Counted from the stretch's first letter, positions 24,098 through 32,000 are shown. The stretch: 32,000 bases of DNA from Wolbachia endosymbiont of Cimex lectularius (GCF_000829315.1 NZ_AP013028.1:150001-182000); one strand, 5' to 3'. Notes: generated by a model not told the origin, from the sequence alone. Numbers and translations are program-made.

Positions 24098-26631
24098 GAT
24101 TTTCTATATACACAATATTATCAATCTCTTTAGTGTTAATCCTTTTGCACGTTGCTGCAACTTTCAAGGATTGGAATGGCTACAAGGAGCACATTGTGCA
24201 AAAATTAGAAAATACATACAACGCTAAAGTACGCATTGGAGGAAAAATCAAAGTTTCACTAATTACTCCAAAGCTCACTATTTATAACGTGTACATTCAG
24301 TCCAACAACAATAGAGAGCAAAAATTATCAGATTTGATTAGTATAAATAAAATTGAAGTAAGGCCATCTCTTCTACCGTTGTTTTTACTTTCGCTACAAC
24401 CAAAGTCAATTACATTATTTGGTATGAAAAGCAGTAAAGAAAATTTTGTTAATATTACAAATGAAAAAGCCAGTAAGGTTGATATAATAATAAAAGACAG
24501 CCAAGTAAGTTTAAACAATAACTTCGTTGATTATAGCAATATTGTTAACATAAAAGAGATTGCTATTAAGGGAAATGGGCAATTCTCTGGTGAAGTGAAG
24601 GTAGGTGATAATAATTATGATTTTTCAGGAAAAGTTGATATTACAAAAAAGAATGTACACATTAATGTCGAATCAAATTTTATAAAGTTGCTATTCACAG
24701 GCAACAGAGATCAAGAAGGGCTCCAGGGCAAGCTAACACTGACAATTAATAACAGTTCTGATTTTGTAAGTGATCTAGCAAAGATTATCAATCTTAGCTT
24801 TCTTGCTTACGCTATCCCTAGTGAAAATATCGAGATATCATCTAACATCAACCTCAATGAAGATGAGTTTGCGGCAACTGATTTGAGAATTGATTCCAAA
24901 AGTATGCAAGCTAGCGGTACAATACGAAATGATAGAAAAAATAATCACACTAACGTCAATATTAGCTTCAGTAAAATTGATTTGGATTCTATACAAAATG
25001 ACTCACGAAAAACAACGGAGATAAAGGATCTCCTAGAATGTTTTAGAGATGTTGTGCCAAAAAACTTGAGCCTAGACTTTAATATGGAGGTTTCAAATAT
25101 CCAATACCAAAACAGAGTATTGGATAAATTTCACGCTATGTTAAAACTCGCTGATGGCGAAGTAAAAGTTGATACGCTACTTCAATTCCCTGGAACCAAT
25201 AACATATCTCACCTATCGGGAAAAGTCTCGAATAGTGGTACCTTATCTGAATTTAATGGTGGTTTATTGGTAAAAGGGGATGATTTCGAGTCGTTTATTT
25301 CATGCTTTTTCCCTTCTATAAAGATGAAAGAAAGCGAAAAAAATCAATTTACAATAAGTTCCAAATTACACTTTGCACCCAGGATATTGTCTATTTCAGA
25401 TATTAGATTGCTGAATGATAAAGAATTTTTGCAGGGATCAATTAAAGTAAGTCACATAAAAAAACGTAATGTGATTGGTGGCGGATTTAGTGTACATAAC
25501 CTTAACGCGGACAAATACGATTATTTATTACTCAGTAGCTTATCTAAAATGAAATGGTTGAAAAGTCCGAAGTATGATGTAAATATAGAAACCAGTGTTA
25601 GTGATTTTACACTAAATGATACAAAAATTGAAGACTTGGATTTTTCGTTGAAGATAGAAAAGGGTAAGCTAGTTGCAGACAAGATAAAACTATCAGGAGA
25701 GGACTTTGATATTACCGGCGACATAAAAATATTAGTGGACAAAAAATATATCAAGCCTTTGTTAGATGTGAACCTTACGGGCAATAAATTTAATAGCAGT
25801 ATCTTAAAATTACCGAATTTAATAGAGGTGAAAAGAGATTCAAAAAGTAAGATAAACCAGATTCAATGGTCAGCAAAGCAGCTTAATTTTTTAGATGACA
25901 AAAAAGACTTTGATGCAAATGTGCAAATTAATGTTGCAGAACTTAAGGATGAGCAGGATATTTTGAAGGACTTTAATTTGAATGCAGTGATGATAAATAA
26001 CATCATGACTGTTAAAAAAGTGGATTATGCATTAGGGCATGGACAAGTATCTTTTCAGGGTTATTTAAAGCCAAATTCAATGTATATAAAATTTTTCATA
26101 GCAAATTTGGATACTAAAAGGGTTGGCAAGGTTATAGGAATTAATAATGTCAATGGTCAGATAAGCTTAAATGGCGCAATTAAAGCTCAAGGAAAGAGCT
26201 TTAATGACTGGGCTAATAACTCGTCAGGGGAAGTTAATTTGCAAACACGAGGAATAGAATTTACTAACGTGGATTTTAATTCGTTCATTACTAATTTACT
26301 AAGCAGTAAAAATAAATCTGAAGTTTCCACGCTTACTAACGTTGGTATATATAATGGCAGTACATTTTTTGAAAATGTCAGCGGAAAAGCAAGCATCAAA
26401 AATGGTATATGCTCAACTAGTTTACAATTTGGAATTAATCAAGCGTCAGGGTCTACTTCTTCTAATCTAACCTTATCTAACTTCACTTTAGTTTCTTTAT
26501 CCAGATTTTTCTTCATTCCACCAGGTCGTAGTAGTCCAGTTTATATTGATATGCATTTAGATGGCCCTATTTGGCGTCCTAAGATGAGTTTTGATGAAGA
26601 CCAAATATTTACTACCCTGAATAGGAATTAA
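24094..26631 (+). CDS. AsmA-family outer-membrane biogenesis protein
   Basis: 845 aa with an N-terminal TM anchor and then a long Asn/Lys/Ser-rich beta-type region. Its start overlaps the murJ stop by 4 nt (ATGA). The family call rests on architecture only. Confidence 0.55.
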   Translation: MRFSIYTILSISLVLILLHVAATFKDWNGYKEHIVQKLENTYNAKVRIGGKIKVSLITPKLTIYNVYIQSNNNREQKLSDLISINKIEVRPSLLPLFLLSLQPKSITLFGMKSSKENFVNITNEKASKVDIIIKDSQVSLNNNFVDYSNIVNIKEIAIKGNGQFSGEVKVGDNNYDFSGKVDITKKNVHINVESNFIKLLFTGNRDQEGLQGKLTLTINNSSDFVSDLAKIINLSFLAYAIPSENIEISSNINLNEDEFAATDLRIDSKSMQASGTIRNDRKNNHTNVNISFSKIDLDSIQNDSRKTTEIKDLLECFRDVVPKNLSLDFNMEVSNIQYQNRVLDKFHAMLKLADGEVKVDTLLQFPGTNNISHLSGKVSNSGTLSEFNGGLLVKGDDFESFISCFFPSIKMKESEKNQFTISSKLHFAPRILSISDIRLLNDKEFLQGSIKVSHIKKRNVIGGGFSVHNLNADKYDYLLLSSLSKMKWLKSPKYDVNIETSVSDFTLNDTKIEDLDFSLKIEKGKLVADKIKLSGEDFDITGDIKILVDKKYIKPLLDVNLTGNKFNSSILKLPNLIEVKRDSKSKINQIQWSAKQLNFLDDKKDFDANVQINVAELKDEQDILKDFNLNAVMINNIMTVKKVDYALGHGQVSFQGYLKPNSMYIKFFIANLDTKRVGKVIGINNVNGQISLNGAIKAQGKSFNDWANNSSGEVNLQTRGIEFTNVDFNSFITNLLSSKNKSEVSTLTNVGIYNGSTFFENVSGKASIKNGICSTSLQFGINQASGSTSSNLTLSNFTLVSLSRFFFIPPGRSSPVYIDMHLDGPIWRPKMSFDEDQIFTTLNRN

Positions 26632-26681
26632 AAGTATTAAATGTGTTTTGTTGCCCAAATAGCTATCTAAACCATGGAACT

Positions 26682-26973
26682 AAAAAACTACTTGACAACC
26701 TTCACCAGTCCCCTTACAATAGAGCTGTGGGTATTTTAGGCCTAAAATTTATCTTTAATCTTGTATTAAGTGACAAAAGCACAGTATAAAACAAGGCGTG
26801 TTATGTTTAATTTTTTGTCTACATTAGCTGAGCCTCGCTTATTAAGCGGTGTAAGAGAGAATCGGACGCCAAGTTTTTGAGAGAACAGCAAACAACTCAC
26901 ATTGCGGGGTTTTTTTTGTCTTTTTTTCCACTTGGTAAGTTTCTTAAATATTTATTACTAAAGTAGTATCCTG
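26682..26973 (+). repeat. promoter-bearing modular intergenic repeat, type 2, copy d
   Basis: Near-identical to 13290-13570 but lacking 33 nt, and extended by the tail CTTGGTAAGTTTCTTAAATATTTATTACTAAAGTAGTATCCTG. Confidence 0.75.
26692..26720 (+). promoter_or_regulatory. sigma70-like promoter inside repeat copy d (TTGACA-17-TACAAT)
   Basis: TTGACA at 26692-26697, a 17-nt spacer ending CCCT, and TACAAT at 26715-26720. Confidence 0.5.
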
Positions 26974-27110
26974 GATCCCAGTACCAAGTACTGGGATGAC
27001 AAGAGAAGGGATTACTTGGATAACACCCTACTGGCTACTTTGGTGATAAGAAAAGAGGGTGTTAGAATGGCATCATAGGAGCTGTTTGCATGACGCCATT
27101 AGTTGCTGGC
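26971..27110. repeat. short palindromic elements (GGATCCCAGTAC/GTACTGGGATGAC type), intergenic
   Basis: CTGGATCCCAGTACCAAGTACTGGGATGAC at 26971-27000, followed by degenerate related half-sites (GGATAACACCC, GGGTGTTAGAATGGCATCAT, ATGACGCCATT). Confidence 0.6.
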
Positions 27111-27123
27111 TTAAAGGAAAATA

Positions 27124-27571
27124 TCAACTGGGTTTATAATCTATCACTACCGTATTTGCAATTTTATCATGAAAAGCTTGTCTATGCTTATCATCTACTG
27201 CACATACTAAAACTAAGATTAGTATAGCTAAGAATAAAATAGGATTGCAAAGTGGTATACAGTAAATTATGAAAAAAGCGATAATCCTTTTTATTGCTTG
27301 TATTAGAGTAATCTGCTCAAGTGTATCTTTGTCTCTCACACGCATGCTAAATAACAAGTGTCCTGGAGTGCCGCCAAATTTTACTAGCATGAATATGTGA
27401 AATACACATGGTATCATCAAAAATAAAGAAAATACAATCGTGGTGATTACAATTATTGCCCCCATGACCCCTTTTATTGCGTGTGTGAGTGAGAAACCTA
27501 CCGCCACCAAAAAACGGTATTACAATAAGTAAAACACAATCAACTATAAATGCTAAAGTACGTCTTGTCAT
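27124..27571 (-). pseudogene. RDD-family membrane protein, frameshifted
   Basis: ORF 27347-27571 supplies the N-terminus MTRRTLAFIVDCVLLIVIPFF, and ORF 27124-27510 supplies the rest (...GTPGHLLFSMRVRD...FHDKIANTVVIDYKPS). The two frames switch at or near the T6 run around 27500. Confidence 0.65.
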
Positions 27572-27620
27572 TGTTGAGTAGTTTACTTTTTTATCAATAC
27601 ACTGTCTATAAAGAGAAGTA

Positions 27621-27820
27621 TTAACTAGGTTTATAATCTATCACTACTGTTTTTGCAATTTTATCATGAAGAAATTGCTTGCGTTGGTCAAATATTGCAA
27701 ACATTAAAATTAAAATTGGCAAAATTGCTAACCACCAAGAAACATACTCAATCAAAAAAAGAAAACCAAATGATAAAGCTGTTTCAGAAATGCATCTTAT
27801 TGTTGCTTGCATTGGAGTAA
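27621..27820 (-). pseudogene. RDD-family paralog, C-terminal fragment truncated by IS copy 3
   Basis: Ends ...FLHDKIAKTVVIDYKPS like its neighbour. The frame stays open upstream into the IS end at 27821, and the N-terminal RDD part is missing. Confidence 0.65.
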
Positions 27821-27828
27821 GAACCTGT

Positions 27829-28293
27829 TTAAAATCTTCGTAACAGGAGAGAAATGAAGGAGAGGACTATCATCTGTAAGCTAGTGTTGAGCTTCCGCTC
27901 GCAATTTTTCCACAATCGCCTGCACTTTTCTAACCAGGCAAAAGAGCGTTCAACAACCCATCTTTTTGGCAATACAACGAAAGTGTGTAACTCACTTCGC
28001 TTTATTACTTCAACAGTCGCACCAATGATAGCTTTTATTTGTGTTGCAAAATTTTCTCCTGTGTAGCCAGCATCAACCAGTATGTTTTTAACTTCAGAGA
28101 GGTTTGCTTTAGCATTTTCGACCATTTTCACAGCACTGCTACGGTCAGTTGCTTCTGCCGTTGTTACATAAATTGCATGTGGCAAACCTTGTGTATCAAC
28201 TGCAATATGGCGCTTTATCCCTGAAATCTTTTTACCTGCATCATAGCCTTTTTTTTTCAGCAGTATCTGCGTTTTTAACGCTTTGAGAATCAA
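27829..28293 (-). pseudogene. IS transposase orfB, copy 3, frame broken by A9 instead of A8
   Basis: The homopolymer at 28249-28257 is T9 on the plus strand (A9 in gene sense). Copies 1 and 2 have A8. The extra base separates the IIDSQSVK segment from the GYDAGKK...DDE segment, producing the artefactual MILKALKTQILLKKK N-terminus in the ORF track. Confidence 0.65.
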
Positions 28294-28304
28294 TTATACA
28301 AAAG

Positions 28305-28625
28305 CTAGTTTTCTCTTTCCGACCATTGCTGATACGGACCTCTCCAACTAATTTTTTTTAAGACTAATTCCAACAAGCTTGGCTCTTCTCCACTCTTTTT
28401 ACTCCACACTCGAAAATAGTAATATACGCTTTCCCATCTTGGAAAACCCTTTGGTAACATCCTCCACTGACAACCACTTTTTAAGACGTACAACACCCCA
28501 CAAAATACGTCATACAAATCAAGTTTTCTTGGTTTTGTTTTCTGCTTGCTACTCTCCAAAATTGGCCTGATTTTTTCAAACTGCTCTTGACTTATATTAC
28601 TTGGATAACTTTTCTGCATAGACAC
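28305..28625 (-). CDS. IS transposase orfA (HTH-type N-terminal part), copy 3, intact
   Basis: 106-aa ORF MSMQKSYPSNISQEQFEKIRPILE...LKSGCQWRMLPKGFP. The likely ATG is 2 codons in, following GAGG. It ends 50 nt after the A8 junction tract. Confidence 0.7.
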   Translation of the reverse strand: MSMQKSYPSNISQEQFEKIRPILESSKQKTKPRKLDLYDVFCGVLYVLKSGCQWRMLPKGFPRWESVYYYFRVWSKKSGEEPSLLELVLKKISWRGPYQQWSEREN

Positions 28626-28976
28626 CTCATTATTAATCTATGCTTACTTTACCTCACATTTCCAAGATTTTAAACAGGTTCTTAGAGCTGAAATATTTTA
28701 CAAGGGAAGGTGAAACTGCACGCTCAATGGCGTCAACTTAAGGAAAAATGTCAGCGACTATTGTACAAAATTTCTCCCTAAAATTTTTACCATTAAATTA
28801 TCCAAAAGCTGCAAGAAACAAGCACTTTTGCTTCTATTTTATTTCAACAAAGAAGTTTAAAATGTGTCCTTTTTAGGTGAGCCTTGTCAAGGCGCGCATG
28901 TCAAAGCTAGTTTGATGTGCGAGAGATCTATTGACAGATGATTAAACTATGATGTAGCCTATCACCATACGTTCAA

Positions 28977-29513
28977 GTGTGGGTTGTGAGGTTTTTATAC
29001 TTTTTGCTTTTGTTGTTGTGTTTTTCTCTGTATTACTATGCAGGTCCTATATCTTCGCCATGCCCAAAAGCTACAGTTTGCTTCTCGCCTGAAGAAGACT
29101 GTGCTGTGCCGATAATCAGCGAGATAGACCAATCTAAAGAATCCATCTTAGTTCAAGAATATACATTTACTCTTAAAGCGATTGCAAATGCTTTGATTAA
29201 TGCTAAGGAGCGTGGTGTTGATGTTAAAGTCATTTTAGATAAATCGCAACTTTACTCGAAACATAGTGTTATAAATGAATTGTCTGCAAGCGGAATACCA
29301 GTTTGGATTGATGATAAGCCAAAAATCGCCCATAATAAGGTAATAATTATCGATAATCAAAAAGTCATCACAGGGTCATTTAACCTTAGTAAAACAGCCG
29401 AAAAAGGGAATGCTGAGAATCTATTAATTATTAAAGAATACCCTGAATTAGTTCAGCAGTATGTGAAAAACTGGGAGACACTAAAGTCACAATTTTATCA
29501 ATACGCTCCCTAG
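28977..29513 (+). CDS. phospholipase D-family protein with a single HKD motif (Nuc-like endonuclease/PLD), signal peptide
   Basis: Exact HxK(x)4D(x)6GSxN motif, HNKVIIIDNQKVITGSFN (from nt 29331). Hydrophobic N-terminus FLYFLLLLLCFSLYYYA. 178 aa, the size of Nuc-type single-HKD proteins that act as dimers. GTG start. Confidence 0.75.
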   Translation: MWVVRFLYFLLLLLCFSLYYYAGPISSPCPKATVCFSPEEDCAVPIISEIDQSKESILVQEYTFTLKAIANALINAKERGVDVKVILDKSQLYSKHSVINELSASGIPVWIDDKPKIAHNKVIIIDNQKVITGSFNLSKTAEKGNAENLLIIKEYPELVQQYVKNWETLKSQFYQYAP

Positions 29514-29604
29514 GTACTTGCTGAAAAATAGTGGAAAGAAGTTTTCTAGTTGATTGATGTAATTGCGCATGCTATAATAAGTTAAAGGTTTTAGGAATTA
29601 GGCG

Positions 29605-30144
29605 ATGGGTTATATAAACGATGCTGCTGGTAGTTACACTACCATTCATGATTTTTTTCACAATAACGGGGCAGGAGACTATAAAGTTCAATGCAGTTAC
29701 AACGGTGTACCTTATGCAACTGACGAGTGCATACATGCCGGAGATAAGTTCTACGCTGACAATTTTATGGACTCGCATTATGGTAGGGAGATAAAAATGT
29801 ACCCCCAAAGTGAACTTTTAGCTAAAGAATATGCTGGAAATATGTTACCTGTTTCAATATCACTGGATAAAGATTTAATAAAAATAAAAGACTGTCAGAA
29901 AAAAGCTGAATTTGCAGAACTAGGGGGGAAATCAGATGATCTAGTGTATGATAAGCAAGAGCGTATAAAGTGCCACACAACGGAGTTATCATATGGTGAT
30001 GTTTTTGCTTATGATAATAAAACTTCAACACTTAACATTAGACATGATGCGCCAAGTGATCCGCAATGCAGTTTAAGTATAGCATTCACAAAGGTTAATG
30101 ATAATAAACCAGGGTTTTGGCAAAAACTTAAAAATATGTTTTAG
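29605..30144 (+). CDS. hypothetical protein (Cys-containing, no TM helix, no recognisable domain)
   Basis: 179-aa ORF with an AGGAA about 10 nt upstream of the ATG. Codon usage looks like the neighbouring genes. Confidence 0.45.
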   Translation: MGYINDAAGSYTTIHDFFHNNGAGDYKVQCSYNGVPYATDECIHAGDKFYADNFMDSHYGREIKMYPQSELLAKEYAGNMLPVSISLDKDLIKIKDCQKKAEFAELGGKSDDLVYDKQERIKCHTTELSYGDVFAYDNKTSTLNIRHDAPSDPQCSLSIAFTKVNDNKPGFWQKLKNMF

Positions 30145-30262
30145 CTAAAGTAGCATTCTTCTCAATGAAAAGATTTTGTATATGTTTGCTTTATTTGTCT
30201 TGAACTATTGATAAGTCTGTTACAATAAAGTATAACTCTATTAGCTAAATATTACTTGAGAC

Positions 30263-31021
30263 ATGGAGATTTTTTGGACAACTTTGGAAAAGACATTGGG
30301 TAAAGTTTTTCCTGCTAAAATAGTGAGCTCTTTTTTAGGAATAGGGTACTTACCAGGTTGGCAGAACTATTGGTCTTCTTTTTTTATATTATTTGTTACC
30401 GATATCATATTGGTTCTCGTATACGGAGGAGATTTTATACTATACAAAATGCCAAATTCGGGCGTAGTTGTGGCTGCTATTTTTGTGAAGTTGGCAATAG
30501 TTATGTTAGTACTACAATTAGTTGGAATATCCATTTTTCATACTCAAGACCCTTCAGCAAACAGTGGTGAAAATATAGTAATACAAATAGCGTCAGGACA
30601 AGTGCTGACTGTTGCGTTTTCAATGCCAGCAATAATGTCAATTTATCATGCTGTAAGTAAACTCTATGGAAGCATATGTAAGCAGATACTTCAATGTCCA
30701 TTTTGGTTTAATGATTTCATGCACTTGTTCTTTTTCTTTATTATACCTTATGCATTTTTTAATATTGTGGAAGTGATAAAACCTTGGCCAATAACTTCGA
30801 TACAGCTCAGTTATAACAATGCAATATCAATTACACTTGAGGGGATTTTCCATACGTTTTATGCAGTAATTTTGCTGTATTTGACTGCATTTATATTCTG
30901 CGATTTAACTATGCATAACGCAATTGTCCTAAACAAGAGCATAATTCAGTATGTGAAAGAAAATTCAGTAGCCTTGAGTGACTACTTGCATAACACCATA
31001 AAAAAAATAAATATTGAATAG
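30263..31021 (+). CDS. PgpA-like (phosphatidylglycerophosphatase A family) membrane protein, divergent and extended
   Basis: FLGIGYLPGWQNYWSS resembles the PgpA N-terminal G.G..P..PGT motif. VIKPWPI resembles the PgpA KPWPI motif, from my memory of E. coli PgpA. At 252 aa it is about 90 aa longer than typical PgpA. Confidence 0.45.
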   Translation: MEIFWTTLEKTLGKVFPAKIVSSFLGIGYLPGWQNYWSSFFILFVTDIILVLVYGGDFILYKMPNSGVVVAAIFVKLAIVMLVLQLVGISIFHTQDPSANSGENIVIQIASGQVLTVAFSMPAIMSIYHAVSKLYGSICKQILQCPFWFNDFMHLFFFFIIPYAFFNIVEVIKPWPITSIQLSYNNAISITLEGIFHTFYAVILLYLTAFIFCDLTMHNAIVLNKSIIQYVKENSVALSDYLHNTIKKINIE

Positions 31022-31065
31022 TACCTATTTGCTTATATATTCAGCATAAAAAGTGTGCAGTTTAC

Positions 31066-31905
31066 GTGAACCTACAAAGTATAATAAAGGGATTGCAAGA
31101 TTTTTGGGCTGGTGAAGGATGCACCATACTCCATCCATACACATCCGAAGTTGGGGCTGGAACGTTGCATCCTGCAACAATCATGTCAGCAATTGATGCA
31201 AAACCAACAAAGATTGCGTATCTACAACCAGTAATTAGGCCAGCAGATGGACGCTATGGTGATAACCCTAATCGCTTATATCAACACCATCAATACCAAG
31301 TTATAATCAAACCTTCCGGTAATAATTTGCAGGATGTTTACCTAAGTAGCTTAAAGGCTATTGGCATATCTACAGAGAAGTATGATATTAAATTTATTGA
31401 AGATGATTGGGAAAATCCAAGTGTTGGTGCATCAGGGCTTGGATGGGAAGTTACATGCAACGGGATGGAAGTAACACAACTTACTTATATACAGCAAGTA
31501 GGAGGTATTGACTGCAAAATAATTCCTGGCGAGGTGGCGTATGGGCTAGAACGTTTGGCAATGTGCATACAAGGTGTAGATAATGTTTATGATATAATTT
31601 GGAACAACAACGGCGTGACTTATGGAGACATCTTTAAGCAAAGAGAGTATGAATTTTCTCACCTGGCGCTTGATTATTATGATACTAAAGTGGTACAGCA
31701 GCAGTTTGAGGACACAGAAAAACTATGTAAATTTCTTATTGGAAAAGAATTACCAGTAGCAGCTTATGACCAATGCGTTAAAACTAGCCACCTACTTAAT
31801 CTGCTTGATGCAAGAGGTGTGCTTGGTGTGAATGAGCGCACAGTGTATATTGGTAGAGTTAGAGAGCTGACAAAAAAATGTTGTGAATTATATATGGGTA
31901 AGTAA
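31066..31905 (+). CDS. glyQ: glycine--tRNA ligase alpha subunit
   Basis: 279 aa. LQDFWAGEGCTILHPY, YLQPVIRPADGRYGDNPNRL and GWEV.CNGMEVTQ.TYFQQVGG-type motifs. GTG start. Confidence 0.9.
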   Translation: MNLQSIIKGLQDFWAGEGCTILHPYTSEVGAGTLHPATIMSAIDAKPTKIAYLQPVIRPADGRYGDNPNRLYQHHQYQVIIKPSGNNLQDVYLSSLKAIGISTEKYDIKFIEDDWENPSVGASGLGWEVTCNGMEVTQLTYIQQVGGIDCKIIPGEVAYGLERLAMCIQGVDNVYDIIWNNNGVTYGDIFKQREYEFSHLALDYYDTKVVQQQFEDTEKLCKFLIGKELPVAAYDQCVKTSHLLNLLDARGVLGVNERTVYIGRVRELTKKCCELYMGK

Positions 31906-31908
31906 CAT

Positions 31909-32000
31909 ATGTCGTCACAATTATTATTTGAATGCCTTTCAGAAGAAATACCACCGAGAATGCAAAATTCAGCTACAGCTCAAGTTAAGAGTTATGTTGC
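31909..32000 (+). CDS. glyS: glycine--tRNA ligase beta subunit (5' end only, continues past window)
   Basis: The ATG lies 3 nt after the glyQ stop. MSSQLLFECLSEEIPPRM matches the GlyS N-terminal LL.E...EE.P pattern. Confidence 0.75.
   Translation, partial: MSSQLLFECLSEEIPPRMQNSATAQVKSYV

Larger units (their letters stand above)
27821..28681 (-). mobile_element. IS5-family insertion sequence, copy 3 (complete ends, orfB frameshifted)
   Basis: Terminal inverted repeats at 27821-27838 and 28664-28681. Flanked by TAA on the left and TTA on the right. Inverted relative to copies 1 and 2. Confidence 0.9.

Noticed and set aside
7373-27820. A single clean inversion between IS copies 2 and 3 as the full explanation of the broken flanks
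   Set aside because: It restores matching TTA triplets, but it would place the DUF1016 fragment next to the RDD fragment and does not reconstitute any gene. The triplet match is also expected by chance about one time in four. It is kept only as part of a multi-event hypothesis.
30358-30701. ORFs 30358-30570(+) and 30501-30701(-) within the PgpA-like gene
   Set aside because: They are alternative or antisense frames of a longer, coherent multi-TM ORF.

Overview
AT-rich chromosomal segment. Its genes and repeats look like a Wolbachia-type (Anaplasmataceae/Rickettsiales) endosymbiont; this rests on gene content and recalled repeat types, not on a database search. Housekeeping genes: hflK-hflC-degP, metG, dnaB, tRNA-Leu(CAA), addA, ispE, an Mth938-like gene, an ABC-3 metal permease, holA, dut, murJ, an asmA-like gene, glyQ and the start of glyS. 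Accessory and decaying material sits between them. There are three copies of one ~860-bp IS5-family insertion sequence (one cut by the window edge, and both complete copies carry different private frameshifts). There is also an ankyrin-repeat pseudogene, a DUF1016 fragment, three RDD-family paralogs (one frameshifted, one IS-truncated), a single-HKD PLD/Nuc-like secreted enzyme and several orphan membrane proteins. The most unusual signal is non-coding. A modular intergenic repeat family occurs at five loci. Six units each carry an almost perfect sigma70 promoter (TTGACA, 17-nt spacer, TAnnAT), followed by a conserved body and a G-tract/T-run tail, so they look like multicopy small transcription units. 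Two copies form a ~450-bp inverted pair around a 2.6-kb island of dead genes. The second notable signal is a GC-richer short palindromic element (GTCATCCCAG...CTGGGATGAC type). It is inserted in-frame at three sites in the 1166-codon addA ORF without breaking it. I saw no CRISPR array, prophage, secretion-system or recognisable defence operon.
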